64,000 bases of DNA from the NCBI GenBank assembly GCA_005887895.1, contig VBPC01000272.1, positions 5,561-69,560 on the forward strand, written 5' to 3'. The notes below the pieces were generated by a model, which saw only the letters and a program-made list of their open reading frames with translations, had not been told where the DNA came from and did no database searches. Below, one piece after another: positions 39,870 to 47,836 of this stretch. Numbering within the stretch: the first letter of the stretch is position 1; each line of letters starts with the position of its first letter. A program made the translations under genes and the position numbers. This DNA comes from Candidatus Rokuibacteriota bacterium. GTDB lineage: Bacteria > Methylomirabilota > Methylomirabilia > Rokubacteriales > CSP1-6.

Positions 39870-40217
39870 CTACTCGTCGTCCTCGTCGTCGTCCTCGAGC
39901 TCATCGTCGTCCTCGGCGTCGTCGTCCTCCTCCTCGAGGTCGCCGTCCAGCTCGTCCTCGATGTCGTCGTCGTCGTCATCCTCGTCCTCGTCGGCGGTCT
40001 CGAGCGCGTCGGTGTCCTCGACGTGCTCGGCATCCTCGACGTCCTCGGCATCCTCGACGTTGTCGGCCTCGACCTCGTCGTCCTCCTCGTCGAGCTCGTC
40101 GTCGTCCTCGAGGTCGTCGTCATCGTCATCGTCCTCGAGCTCTTCGTCGATGTCGTCGTCCTCGAGCGTGCCTCGGAGCGCGCCCGCCTCGTGCCAGGGA
40201 TGGGTGCGGAACTGCAT
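39870..40217 (-). CDS. Hyper-acidic Asp/Glu-rich protein
   Basis: 115 aa. A GGAGGA Shine-Dalgarno lies 7 nt before the ATG. After an 18-aa N-terminus, 73 of 97 residues are D or E (hand count), with no K or R. Confidence 0.6.
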   Translation of the reverse strand: MQFRTHPWHEAGALRGTLEDDDIDEELEDDDDDDDLEDDDELDEEDDEVEADNVEDAEDVEDAEHVEDTDALETADEDEDDDDDDIEDELDGDLEEEDDDAEDDDELEDDDEDDE

Positions 40218-40340
40218 GTGAAGTTCCTCCGTAGCGGAGCCGTGCCTCGAATCCGACGCGAATTATATAGCAAACGTTCGGCCACCGAAATTACTTCACG
40301 TGCCGCGGACGGACCAATGAGCACGCGGTAGAATCCCTCC

Positions 40341-41177
40341 ATGCTCGACCTCGTCCTCAAGATCGTCGGGGCGCTGGTCCTCGTCGCGCTCGGCCTCGCG
40401 TACGTCCGGGGCTGGCGCCGCCTGGCCGCGGCCCGCCACCCGCCGCCGCGGTGGCGGCTCGCACTCTACATCGTTGCGCTCGTCACCGTGGCGCTCGCCT
40501 TGCTCGGGCTCGACGAAGCCGCGGAGTCGCGCTTCTCGTCGCACATGATCCAGCACCTGCTGCTGGTGATGGTCGCCGCACCGCTCGTCCTGCTCGGCAA
40601 CCCGCTGCCCCTCGTGCTGTGGGGCCTGCCGCGGCCTCTGCGCGGTCGAATCGCCGCGGCCACGCTGCGGCCGGCCACCACCGTGCGCCGCGCGCTGGTG
40701 GCGCTGAGCTCGCTGCCGGTGGCCGGTGTGCTCTACGTCGTCACCGTGTGGGGCTGGCACCTGCCCGCCCTCTACGACGCCGCGGCCGAGCACGAGCTCG
40801 TCCACGTCGTCGAGCACGCCATGCTGCTGGGGACGGCGCTGCTGTTCTGGTGGCCGGTGATCCGGCCGGCGCCCCGGTTACGGCCGCCGGCGCACCCCGG
40901 CCTGCTGATCGTCTACCTCGTCGCCGTCACCGCGCAGAACACCGCGCTGGGCATGGCGCTGACCGTGCCCGACCGCGCGTTCTATCCGCACTACGTGAGC
41001 GCGGCGGCGACGCTCGGCATCAGCGCCGTGGACGATCAGGCCTTCGGCGGCGGCCTCATGTGGAGCATGGGCCACATGTACCTGCTGCCGATCCTGGTGA
41101 TCCTCTACGCCATCGCCCGCGATTCCGGGCGCGGCCACGACGAGACGCGCGAGGCCTCGGCCCGGGTCGACGGCTGA
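40341..41177 (+). CDS. ctaG: Cytochrome c oxidase assembly factor CtaG (caa3 type)
   Basis: 278 aa polytopic protein. HMIQHLLLVMVAAPLLVLG-type and HEL..VEH motifs are present. A TAGAAT box lies 6 nt upstream of the ATG. Confidence 0.75.
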   Translation: MLDLVLKIVGALVLVALGLAYVRGWRRLAAARHPPPRWRLALYIVALVTVALALLGLDEAAESRFSSHMIQHLLLVMVAAPLVLLGNPLPLVLWGLPRPLRGRIAAATLRPATTVRRALVALSSLPVAGVLYVVTVWGWHLPALYDAAAEHELVHVVEHAMLLGTALLFWWPVIRPAPRLRPPAHPGLLIVYLVAVTAQNTALGMALTVPDRAFYPHYVSAAATLGISAVDDQAFGGGLMWSMGHMYLLPILVILYAIARDSGRGHDETREASARVDG

Positions 41178-41278
41178 GCCGCGAAGGCGGGGCCGGTGGG
41201 GTGGACCTCCAACCACGGGCACAGCGCCCCCCGCTGCGGTAGAATCCTCTCCCGCTACTGCGCGACTTCCTCAGCCAC

Positions 41279-41353
41279 GGCGGTGTAGCTCAGCGGCAGA
41301 GCAGGGGTCTCATAAGCCCCGTGTCGGAGGTTCAATTCCTCCCACCGCCACCA
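41279..41353 (+). tRNA. tRNA with anticodon CAT (elongator Met or Ile2/lysidine type), CCA encoded
   Basis: Manual cloverleaf: ggcggtg|ta|gctc|agcggca|gagc|a|ggggt|ctcataa|gcccc|gtgtc|ggagg|ttcaatt|cctcc|caccgcc|a|cca. The G1-C72 pair argues against an initiator tRNA. Confidence 0.9.
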
Positions 41354-41823
41354 ACTTAACGAATGAATCTGGCCGGGGAAGACGGAACCACCGCAGTACC
41401 GCGCGCCGCTTTGTTACGTCGATCCGAACACCCTGCAGGAAGCTCCGTACGAAATCGACGTCGCCTCCCAGGTGCTGGCTCGGGAGAAGCCCCGCGGGGC
41501 CGTATAGCCGACCGTCACGACCTCGTCGGCTGGCGGATTCAGTAAGGCGCCTACGAAGGCCCGGTAATCCTCACCTTCGACGGATCAGGCAGGATCGCGC
41601 CGTTCTCGAGCTCCTTGCCCCACTGGATGCGGAAGGGGGTCGGCAGTGCCAGATCGAGTGACTGGGCCACGTCACACGCGTGGGGCGACGAACTCGGCGG
41701 CCGTCTGGACTGCGCCGCCGGGTTCAACGAACACGAGGATCTCCACGGCGTCGTACCGGATCAGGATGCTGGCGGCGAACAGGAGCACCTTCAGCGCCGG
41801 CCAGTGATATCGAGCGCGTTGTC

Positions 41824-42165
41824 TCATCGCCCGTGGCCGCCGCCGCCACCATGGCCGCCGAAGCCACCACCGCCGTGCCCGGCGAAGCCGCCATGACTAG
41901 CGAAGCCGCCATGCCCCGCGAAGCCGCTATGACTAGCGAAGCCGCCATGCCCATGTGCAAAGCCGTGGCCCCATCCGCCGTGATGGTCGTGATCCCAGTG
42001 ACCCCAGCCATGACCCCAGTAACCGCCGCCGTCGATCCAGCGATAGGCGTATCCGTAGTAGTCGTAGCCGGCGGAGTACCCGGCTGGCTCCGCGCAAGCG
42101 GAGAGGCCAAGAGCGACAGCGACCACCAGCACCAGCATTCCCGTCGAAATTCGTCTGCGAGACAT
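41824..42165 (-). CDS. Gly/His/aromatic-rich lipoprotein
   Basis: 113 aa from ATG 42165, with a GGGAGA Shine-Dalgarno. It has a signal peptide and LGLSAC lipobox. The mature part contains GHGGFASH-type repeats, with about 14 His and more than 35 Gly by hand count. Confidence 0.6.
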   Translation of the reverse strand: MSRRRISTGMLVLVVAVALGLSACAEPAGYSAGYDYYGYAYRWIDGGGYWGHGWGHWDHDHHGGWGHGFAHGHGGFASHSGFAGHGGFASHGGFAGHGGGGFGGHGGGGGHGR

Positions 42166-42179
42166 TGCCAGGGTCTCCC

Positions 42180-42647
42180 TCACATCCGGTCGTAGACGTC
42201 GACGTAGCTCACGGAATGACCCTGGCCATCGCTCAGCACGCCCTTGCAGGTCATCTGCTTTCGGTTCGCGGAGACCATGCATGTCTGGGTGTCCGATCGA
42301 CCGGCGGGCCCATTGAACGTCGCCTGGAGCGTCTCATCCGCCATCCGGGCCGAAGCGGTCGTATCACTGCCGTGCTGAGCGTCGCCGGCGGGGTCGGCCT
42401 CGAACGTCACGACGTGTCGCTCATCGTCGGGCGTGACGATCGTCACGGACCAGGCCACGGATGTTCCATCCGCTCGCGATACCTCGCTCACTACATCCTT
42501 CGGCGCCGGCTCGCCTGGCGGCAGCTTTGATTGCGCCCGGTTCCAGTGCCACCGCCCCACGAACGGGCTGTCCTGTGCGTACCCGGCGCTGGCGGCCAGC
42601 GCGCCGCAGAGCCCCATGACGAGCGCCGTGCTCCGAATCCCAATCAT
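42180..42647 (-). CDS. Secreted hypothetical protein (beta-rich, about 155 aa)
   Basis: ATG 42647 is preceded by GGAGGA. The signal peptide is MIGIRSTALVMGLCGALAASAGYA. Confidence 0.6.
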   Translation of the reverse strand: MIGIRSTALVMGLCGALAASAGYAQDSPFVGRWHWNRAQSKLPPGEPAPKDVVSEVSRADGTSVAWSVTIVTPDDERHVVTFEADPAGDAQHGSDTTASARMADETLQATFNGPAGRSDTQTCMVSANRKQMTCKGVLSDGQGHSVSYVDVYDRM

Positions 42648-42783
42648 CGTGTCCTCCACGCTGCTCCGCGCTCTCTGCGCTCTTCGGCGTGTCACTGCGC
42701 GGAGTTGAGTTTCCCTGGTGACGAGCAGCACCGACACGGGTGCCAGCAGCGCGAACGTCAACCGCTTCCCATTCTTGGGCGCG

Positions 42784-43104
42784 TTACCGATCGTTGACAC
42801 CGCCCGTCGTGCCACCACCGAGCTCCGTGTCACGAGGCGCGCCGATCGTGCTGTCGAGTCCGCCGGTCGTCCCCACGCCGGGGCGTCCATCGAGACCCGA
42901 CGGGGTATCGCGCGGACTCCCCACGCTCGAGCCGGCCGCCGGAAGCGACATCCACCCGCTTCCGTACGACGACGACCCGCTGCCGTACGACGACGTGGCA
43001 CCGCCCGACCCGAAGCCGCGCGAACCGCCGGTGATCGTGCCGACCGTTCCGGCCGCGATGAAGACGACGACGCTCACCGCCACCACGCGCTTGCCACCGC
43101 TCAT
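42784..43104 (-). CDS. Membrane-anchored Gly/Ser/Thr-rich protein
   Basis: 106 aa from ATG 43104, with a GGAGG-rich upstream region. It has one N-terminal TM helix followed by a low-complexity G/S/T tail. Confidence 0.45.
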   Translation of the reverse strand: MSGGKRVVAVSVVVFIAAGTVGTITGGSRGFGSGGATSSYGSGSSSYGSGWMSLPAAGSSVGSPRDTPSGLDGRPGVGTTGGLDSTIGAPRDTELGGGTTGGVNDR

Positions 43105-43253
43105 GAGTCCCTCCCGATCCTCCTGAATGTTGAGAGAGGTGCGCGGGGTCGAGGGCGTCGAGCGCCGGAGAGATTCGCAAGGAGCCGACAGTTCTGAAAC
43201 GGCGCGAGGTCCAGCCGGTGTCACAAGAGCGTGGACACGAGGGGTGAGGAGCC

Positions 43254-43808
43254 ATGTTGAGACGCGCGCTGCACGACATGACCGGACTGCGTATTCATGC
43301 GACCGACGGCGACCTCGGGCACGTGCACGATGTGTACGTCGACGACGGCCAGTGGCGGGTCCGGTACTTCCACGTCGACTCGGGTGACTGGTTTCTCGGT
43401 CGACACGCGCTGCTCGCGCCGACGATCGTCGAGTCGATCGACTGGGATGGCGGTCGCATCGCCGTGGCCATCAGCCGCGAGGCCGTTCGGAGCAGCCCTG
43501 ACATCGACTCGCACAAGCCCGTCTCGCGCCAGCACGAACCGCAGTGGCAGCAGTACGTCCAACTTCACAAGCTGCTGATCGAGATGCGCGGGCACGAGGT
43601 GGTCGCGTCACCGGTTGAGCAGACGAAGAACGACCCACATCTCTGGCGTGCTCGCACGCTCCGTCACTACGGCGTCGAGACGCGCGAAAAGGAGCCCGGC
43701 CGAGTCGACGACCTCCTCGTCGCTCCGGATGAGTGGACGATCCGTTACATCGCCGATTACCTTGCTTTCCTCTGTCCGGGGCACGTCTCCCAACCGCCCG
43801 AGTGGTGA
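43254..43808 (+). CDS. PRC-barrel domain protein (two PRC-like repeats)
   Basis: 184 aa. The pattern L.G..I.A.DGDLGHV.DVYVDD..W.VRY..VD appears at the N-terminus and recurs near residue 135. Confidence 0.65.
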   Translation: MLRRALHDMTGLRIHATDGDLGHVHDVYVDDGQWRVRYFHVDSGDWFLGRHALLAPTIVESIDWDGGRIAVAISREAVRSSPDIDSHKPVSRQHEPQWQQYVQLHKLLIEMRGHEVVASPVEQTKNDPHLWRARTLRHYGVETREKEPGRVDDLLVAPDEWTIRYIADYLAFLCPGHVSQPPEW

Positions 43809-43975
43809 TTCTGCGCGCAGTTGCGACACCACTGGACCATTGCCGCGCACTGCGGGCACGTCCTCGCTCTGTTCAGACGGTCTTCCTGGAACGCGGGGCA
43901 CGGTTGGCGCCCTTGCGAGTACGGGCTGATCTCGTTGGCCACGACAACCATGCAACGCTGCGGCGGTGCCGCGTG

Positions 43976-44422
43976 TCAAGGGGTCTTAACGCGGATCTCC
44001 GGTGCCGTCAGCGAATAGTGGCACGTGGCGGGCATCCGCATGGACGCCAGGGCCCCGTAATGAAGCGCCGCGATGCCGCTCCCCATGACGACGCTGCCGG
44101 CAAGCGCCCGAAACCACCCCATCGTCGGGCGGCTCACCACGAAGAAGGCCACCGCCGAGGTGAAGACGCCGGCCAGCAGAGACAGCACGGTCCTCGGCCA
44201 GTCGTAGAGCACTGGAACCGGCAAGACGAAGGGGAGCATCGCGACGTAGTGCATCGACCAGATACCGATTCCCCGCGCCACGGCGCCGCCGCCGAGCCAC
44301 CAGACGCGAGCCCGGCCGCGCGTGGCCGTGACCCGACCGCCAAGATCCAGTGCAGGGTACGCGGCCAGCACCGCGATCACGATCGACAGAGCAACCAGGC
44401 GGTAATCGTAGAAGCCCACCAC
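43976..44422 (-). CDS. Stand-alone, apparently truncated MHYT sensor domain
   Basis: 148 aa with four TM helices carrying two MHY-type motifs (WSMHYVAM, AALHYGALASM). From memory, the canonical domain has six helices with three motifs plus an output domain. Confidence 0.55.
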   Translation of the reverse strand: MVGFYDYRLVALSIVIAVLAAYPALDLGGRVTATRGRARVWWLGGGAVARGIGIWSMHYVAMLPFVLPVPVLYDWPRTVLSLLAGVFTSAVAFFVVSRPTMGWFRALAGSVVMGSGIAALHYGALASMRMPATCHYSLTAPEIRVKTP

Positions 44423-44544
44423 GGCGGCGTCCGGAGGGTTCCCCTACCTCTTGCCGACATACGGTACGTGAATTCTGTCGACATCGCACTTCACGGCGGC
44501 GGCAAGACGTCGCGGCTCGGGATGGTCTGGTACACTGGCCAGCC

Positions 44545-45330
44545 GTGAGCGCGGACATCCTCGTGCAGCACGACGGCGCGGTCGCGACGGTCGTCCTCAA
44601 CCGGCCGCGCATGCGCAACGCGATCAACCTGGCGATGTGGACCGAGCTGGCCCGCCTCACCGAGGGCCTGGTCAAGGACGACTCGGTCCGCGCGGTGGTC
44701 TATCGCGGCGCCGGCACGGAGGCGTTCGCCTCCGGCGCCGACATCTCGGAGTTTCCCGAGAGCCGCAAGGACACCGAGACCTCGCAGCGCTACAACGCGA
44801 CGACGGCGGCCGCCTACCGCGCCGTGCGCGAGTGCCCCAAGCTGACGATCGCGATGATCCACGGCTTCTGCATGGGCGGCGCGATGGGGCTGGCGATGGC
44901 GTGCGACCTGCGCTTCGCCGCGGAGGGCTCGAAGTTCGGGATCCCGGCGGCGCGGCTGAGCATCGTCTATCCGCCGGAGGCGATCGGCCAGCTCGTCGAC
45001 CTGGTCGGTCCCGCCTACGCCAAGGACATCCTCTTCTCCGCGCGGACGGTGAGCGACCGCGAGGCGCTGGCCATCGGGCTCATCCAGCGGCTCGTGCCCG
45101 GCGGCGAGCTCGAGCGCACGACCGACGAGTACCTGGCGCTGGTGGCCGACAACGCGCCGCTGTCGGTGCGCGGGTCGAAAGCCTCGATCCAGGCCTACCT
45201 GGCCGGCTTCACCGACGAGAGCCGCGCGCGCCTGCGGGCGCTGTCGATGGAGGCGGTCGCCAGCGAGGACTACCGGGAAGGCACGCGCGCCTTCCTCGAA
45301 AAGCGACGGCCGAAGTTCCAGGGGCGCTGA
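44545..45330 (+). CDS. Enoyl-CoA hydratase/isomerase (crotonase) family protein
   Basis: 261 aa from GTG 44545. NRPRMRNAIN, the GADISEF oxyanion region and FCMGGAMGLAMACDLRFA are present. Confidence 0.85.
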   Translation: MSADILVQHDGAVATVVLNRPRMRNAINLAMWTELARLTEGLVKDDSVRAVVYRGAGTEAFASGADISEFPESRKDTETSQRYNATTAAAYRAVRECPKLTIAMIHGFCMGGAMGLAMACDLRFAAEGSKFGIPAARLSIVYPPEAIGQLVDLVGPAYAKDILFSARTVSDREALAIGLIQRLVPGGELERTTDEYLALVADNAPLSVRGSKASIQAYLAGFTDESRARLRALSMEAVASEDYREGTRAFLEKRRPKFQGR

Positions 45331-45338
45331 GCCCCGGC

Positions 45339-46439
45339 GTGCGGTTTGCGTTCCTGAGCTCCACGCCGGCCGGCCCCACCGAAGGCAGCGGCACCTGGGT
45401 CGCCCTCGACGGCCTCGCCCGCGGCCTCGAGCGACTCGGTCACACGGTCACGCGGCGTCCGCTGCGGGCGCGGACGGGCTTTCACACGCTCGACCGCTGG
45501 CTCTACAACGCGCAGGTCGCGGCGAGGCCGCCGGCTGCCGACGTCGTGGTCGGCGTGGACCTGGACGGCTGGCTGTGGGCGCGTCCGCGGATTCGCCGTC
45601 CGGGCGCCGTCGCTGGGCCGCCGGCGGTCCGGGCGAGACCGCGGTTCGTGGTGGCGCTCAAGGGGATCATCGCCGACGAGCTGCGCAACGAGCAGGGCGT
45701 CGTGCGCTGGCTGCTGGCGCGGCAGGCCCGCTGGGAACGGCTCAACACCGAGCGGGCCGATCGCGTGGTCGTGCCGAGCCGCTACTCCGCGGCCGTGGCC
45801 CACGACGTCTACGGCGTGCCGCGCGCGCGGCTGGCCGTCGTGCCGGAGCCGATCGACCTCGGCGAGTGGCGTCGCCGCTTCACCGTGGCCGGCACGCCGC
45901 CGCCGCACCCGCCGACCGTGCTGTCGGTGGCGCGGATGTACCCGCGCAAGCGGCTCGACGACCTCCTGCGGGCCGCCGGGGTGCTCCGCGAGCGAATCCC
46001 CGGCGTCCGGGTCCGCATCGTAGGGGAGGGGCCGGAGTCTGCGCGCCTGCGCGCGCTGCACGGGGCGCTCGGCCTCGGCGAGACCGTGACGTTCCTCGGC
46101 GACATCCCGCGCCAGGCGCTCGCCGTAGAATACGTGGGTGCGGACTGCTTCTGTCTGCCCACCGTCCAGGAGGGATTCGGCATCGTGTTCACCGAGGCGA
46201 TGGCGGCCGGGCTGGCGGTGGTGGCGTGCCGGGCGGCGGCGGTGCCGGAGCTCGTGGAGGACCGCCGCACCGGCTTGCTGGTGAATCCGCGGAGCCCCGA
46301 GGAGCTGGCCATGGCGCTGGAGACGCTGCTGCTGAACCGCGGCCTGCGCGCCGATCTCGGCGCGGCCGGCGCCGCGCGGGTCGGCGCCTTCGACCTCGAG
46401 CCGGTCGCGCGCCGCTTCGTGGAGGCGGCCACGGCATGA
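45339..46439 (+). CDS. GT-B glycosyltransferase (GT4/GT1-like)
   Basis: 366 aa from GTG 45339. The C-terminal motif PTVQEGFGIVFTEAMAAGLAVVA...VEDRRTGLLV is the E-x7-E-type glycosyltransferase signature. Confidence 0.8.
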   Translation: MRFAFLSSTPAGPTEGSGTWVALDGLARGLERLGHTVTRRPLRARTGFHTLDRWLYNAQVAARPPAADVVVGVDLDGWLWARPRIRRPGAVAGPPAVRARPRFVVALKGIIADELRNEQGVVRWLLARQARWERLNTERADRVVVPSRYSAAVAHDVYGVPRARLAVVPEPIDLGEWRRRFTVAGTPPPHPPTVLSVARMYPRKRLDDLLRAAGVLRERIPGVRVRIVGEGPESARLRALHGALGLGETVTFLGDIPRQALAVEYVGADCFCLPTVQEGFGIVFTEAMAAGLAVVACRAAAVPELVEDRRTGLLVNPRSPEELAMALETLLLNRGLRADLGAAGAARVGAFDLEPVARRFVEAATA

Positions 46440-46843
46440 GCGGCACCGCGTCCACCACGCGGCGCTTCACGTTCGCGGCCGGCCACCGCTATCACGTGCC
46501 GGCGTGGTCGGCCGACGAGAACGCCCGCGTCTTCGGACGGCTCGGGGTGTCGCACGGCCACAACTACACGCTCGACGTCTCCGTGCGCGGGCCGATCGAT
46601 CCGCGGACCGGCATGGTCGTCGATCTCGGCGAGCTGAAGCGGGTCGTGCAGGAGACCGTCATCGAGCGCTTCGACCACGCCGACCTCAACGCCGACGCGC
46701 TGTTTCGCGACCGCGTGCCGACGACGGAGAACATCGCGCTCGCCGTGTGGGAGCTGCTGGCGCCCAAGCTCGGGCCCGACCGGCTCGCCCGCGTCCGCGT
46801 CTGGGAAGACCCGACGCTGTTCGTGGACTATGATGGAGCGTGA
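46436..46843 (+). CDS. 6-pyruvoyl-tetrahydropterin synthase/QueD-fold protein, Cys-less paralogue
   Basis: 135 aa with an ATGA overlap. FAAGHRY and SHGHNYTLDV provide the Zn-His ligands. The protein contains no cysteine at all. Confidence 0.75.
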   Translation: MSGTASTTRRFTFAAGHRYHVPAWSADENARVFGRLGVSHGHNYTLDVSVRGPIDPRTGMVVDLGELKRVVQETVIERFDHADLNADALFRDRVPTTENIALAVWELLAPKLGPDRLARVRVWEDPTLFVDYDGA

Positions 46844-46844
46844 G

Positions 46845-47258
46845 ATGACCCGCACCGTCGAGCTCACGCGCGTCTACCACTTCAGCGCGGCGCACTGCCT
46901 CGAGAATCCGCGGCTGAGCGCCGCCGGCAACGCCGCCCTCTACGGGCCGTGCGCGCGGCCCCACGGCCACAACTACTATCTCGAGGTCACGGTGGCCGGC
47001 GTGCCCGACCGCACCACCGGCATGGCCGTCGACCTCGAGGATCTCGATCGCACCGTCGAGCGTTGCATCCTCGAGCAGGTCGACCATCACCAGCTGGAGC
47101 GGGCGCCGGCGCTGGCCGGCGTCATCACCACCGGCGAGGGACTGGCCCGCGCGTTCTGGAGTACGCTGGTAACGGCGCTGCCGCCGGCGCGCCTGCGCCG
47201 CGTGGTCGTGCAGGAGACGGCGAAGAACCGGTTCGAGTACCGGGGTGGGGAGGCCTGA
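46845..47258 (+). CDS. 6-carboxy-tetrahydropterin / 6-pyruvoyl-tetrahydropterin synthase (QueD/PTPS) with a CxxxHGH motif
   Basis: FSAAHCL and [13 protein letters not shown] are present. I chose ATG 46845, which lies 2 nt after the upstream stop and is preceded by GGAGCG. ATG 46830 is an alternative start. Confidence 0.8.
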   Translation: MTRTVELTRVYHFSAAHCLENPRLSAAGNAALYGPCARPHGHNYYLEVTVAGVPDRTTGMAVDLEDLDRTVERCILEQVDHHQLERAPALAGVITTGEGLARAFWSTLVTALPPARLRRVVVQETAKNRFEYRGGEA

Positions 47259-47836
47259 TGCCCGAGCGCGACCCGATGGAGCGTCACGTGGAGCAGCTCC
47301 TGAAAGAGCTGGGCGAGGACGTCCACCGCGAGGGCCTGGAGCGCACGCCCGCGCGCGTGGCGGCCGCGCTGCGCTACCTGACGTCCGGCTACGACAAGAA
47401 CGCGCACGACATCCTGAACGACGCCCTCTTCGTCGAGGAATACGACGAGATGGTGATCGTGAAGGACATCGACGTGACGTCGCTCTGTGAACACCACATG
47501 CTGCCCTTCATTGGCAAATGCCACGTGGCCTACATGCCGCACCGGAGGATCGTGGGCCTGTCGAAGATCCCGCGCCTGGTGGACATGTTCGCTCGACGGT
47601 TGCAAGTGCAGGAGCGGCTCACGACCCAGGTCGCCAGTACGTTGAACGACGTGCTGCAGCCGCGCGGCGTGGCCGTGGTCATCGAGGCGGTTCACCTCTG
47701 CATGCTCATGCGCGGCGTGGAGAAGCAGAACTCGAAGGCGGTGACCTCGGCGATGCTCGGCGCCTTCCGCGACCGGCCGGAGACGCGCGCGGAGTTCATG
47801 GAGCTGATCAAGGCCGGGCGGGGGCTGCAGATTTGA
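47258..47836 (+). CDS. folE: GTP cyclohydrolase I
   Basis: 192 aa. The conserved blocks are [19 protein letters not shown] and HLCMLMRGV. Confidence 0.9.
   Translation: MPERDPMERHVEQLLKELGEDVHREGLERTPARVAAALRYLTSGYDKNAHDILNDALFVEEYDEMVIVKDIDVTSLCEHHMLPFIGKCHVAYMPHRRIVGLSKIPRLVDMFARRLQVQERLTTQVASTLNDVLQPRGVAVVIEAVHLCMLMRGVEKQNSKAVTSAMLGAFRDRPETRAEFMELIKAGRGLQI

Noticed and set aside
39298-40221. Plus-strand 307-aa ORF with a long poly-Ser tract
   Set aside because: It is antisense to the membrane protein gene and to the acidic protein gene. The minus-strand acidic ORF has a consensus Shine-Dalgarno and ATG, while the plus-strand ORF starts inside another gene's antisense and has no translation signals.
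41279-41353. tRNA(CAT) considered as the initiator tRNA-fMet
   Set aside because: Positions 1 and 72 form a G-C pair, whereas bacterial initiators have a C1-A72 mismatch. The 31-39 pair is T-G rather than the third consecutive G-C of the initiator anticodon stem.
43075-43085. 11-nt match (caccgccacca) to the 3' end of the tRNA, considered as an att direct repeat marking an island boundary
   Set aside because: The match is short, GC-rich and lies inside a coding region. It does not coincide with the compositional boundary near 44500, and no integrase is present.
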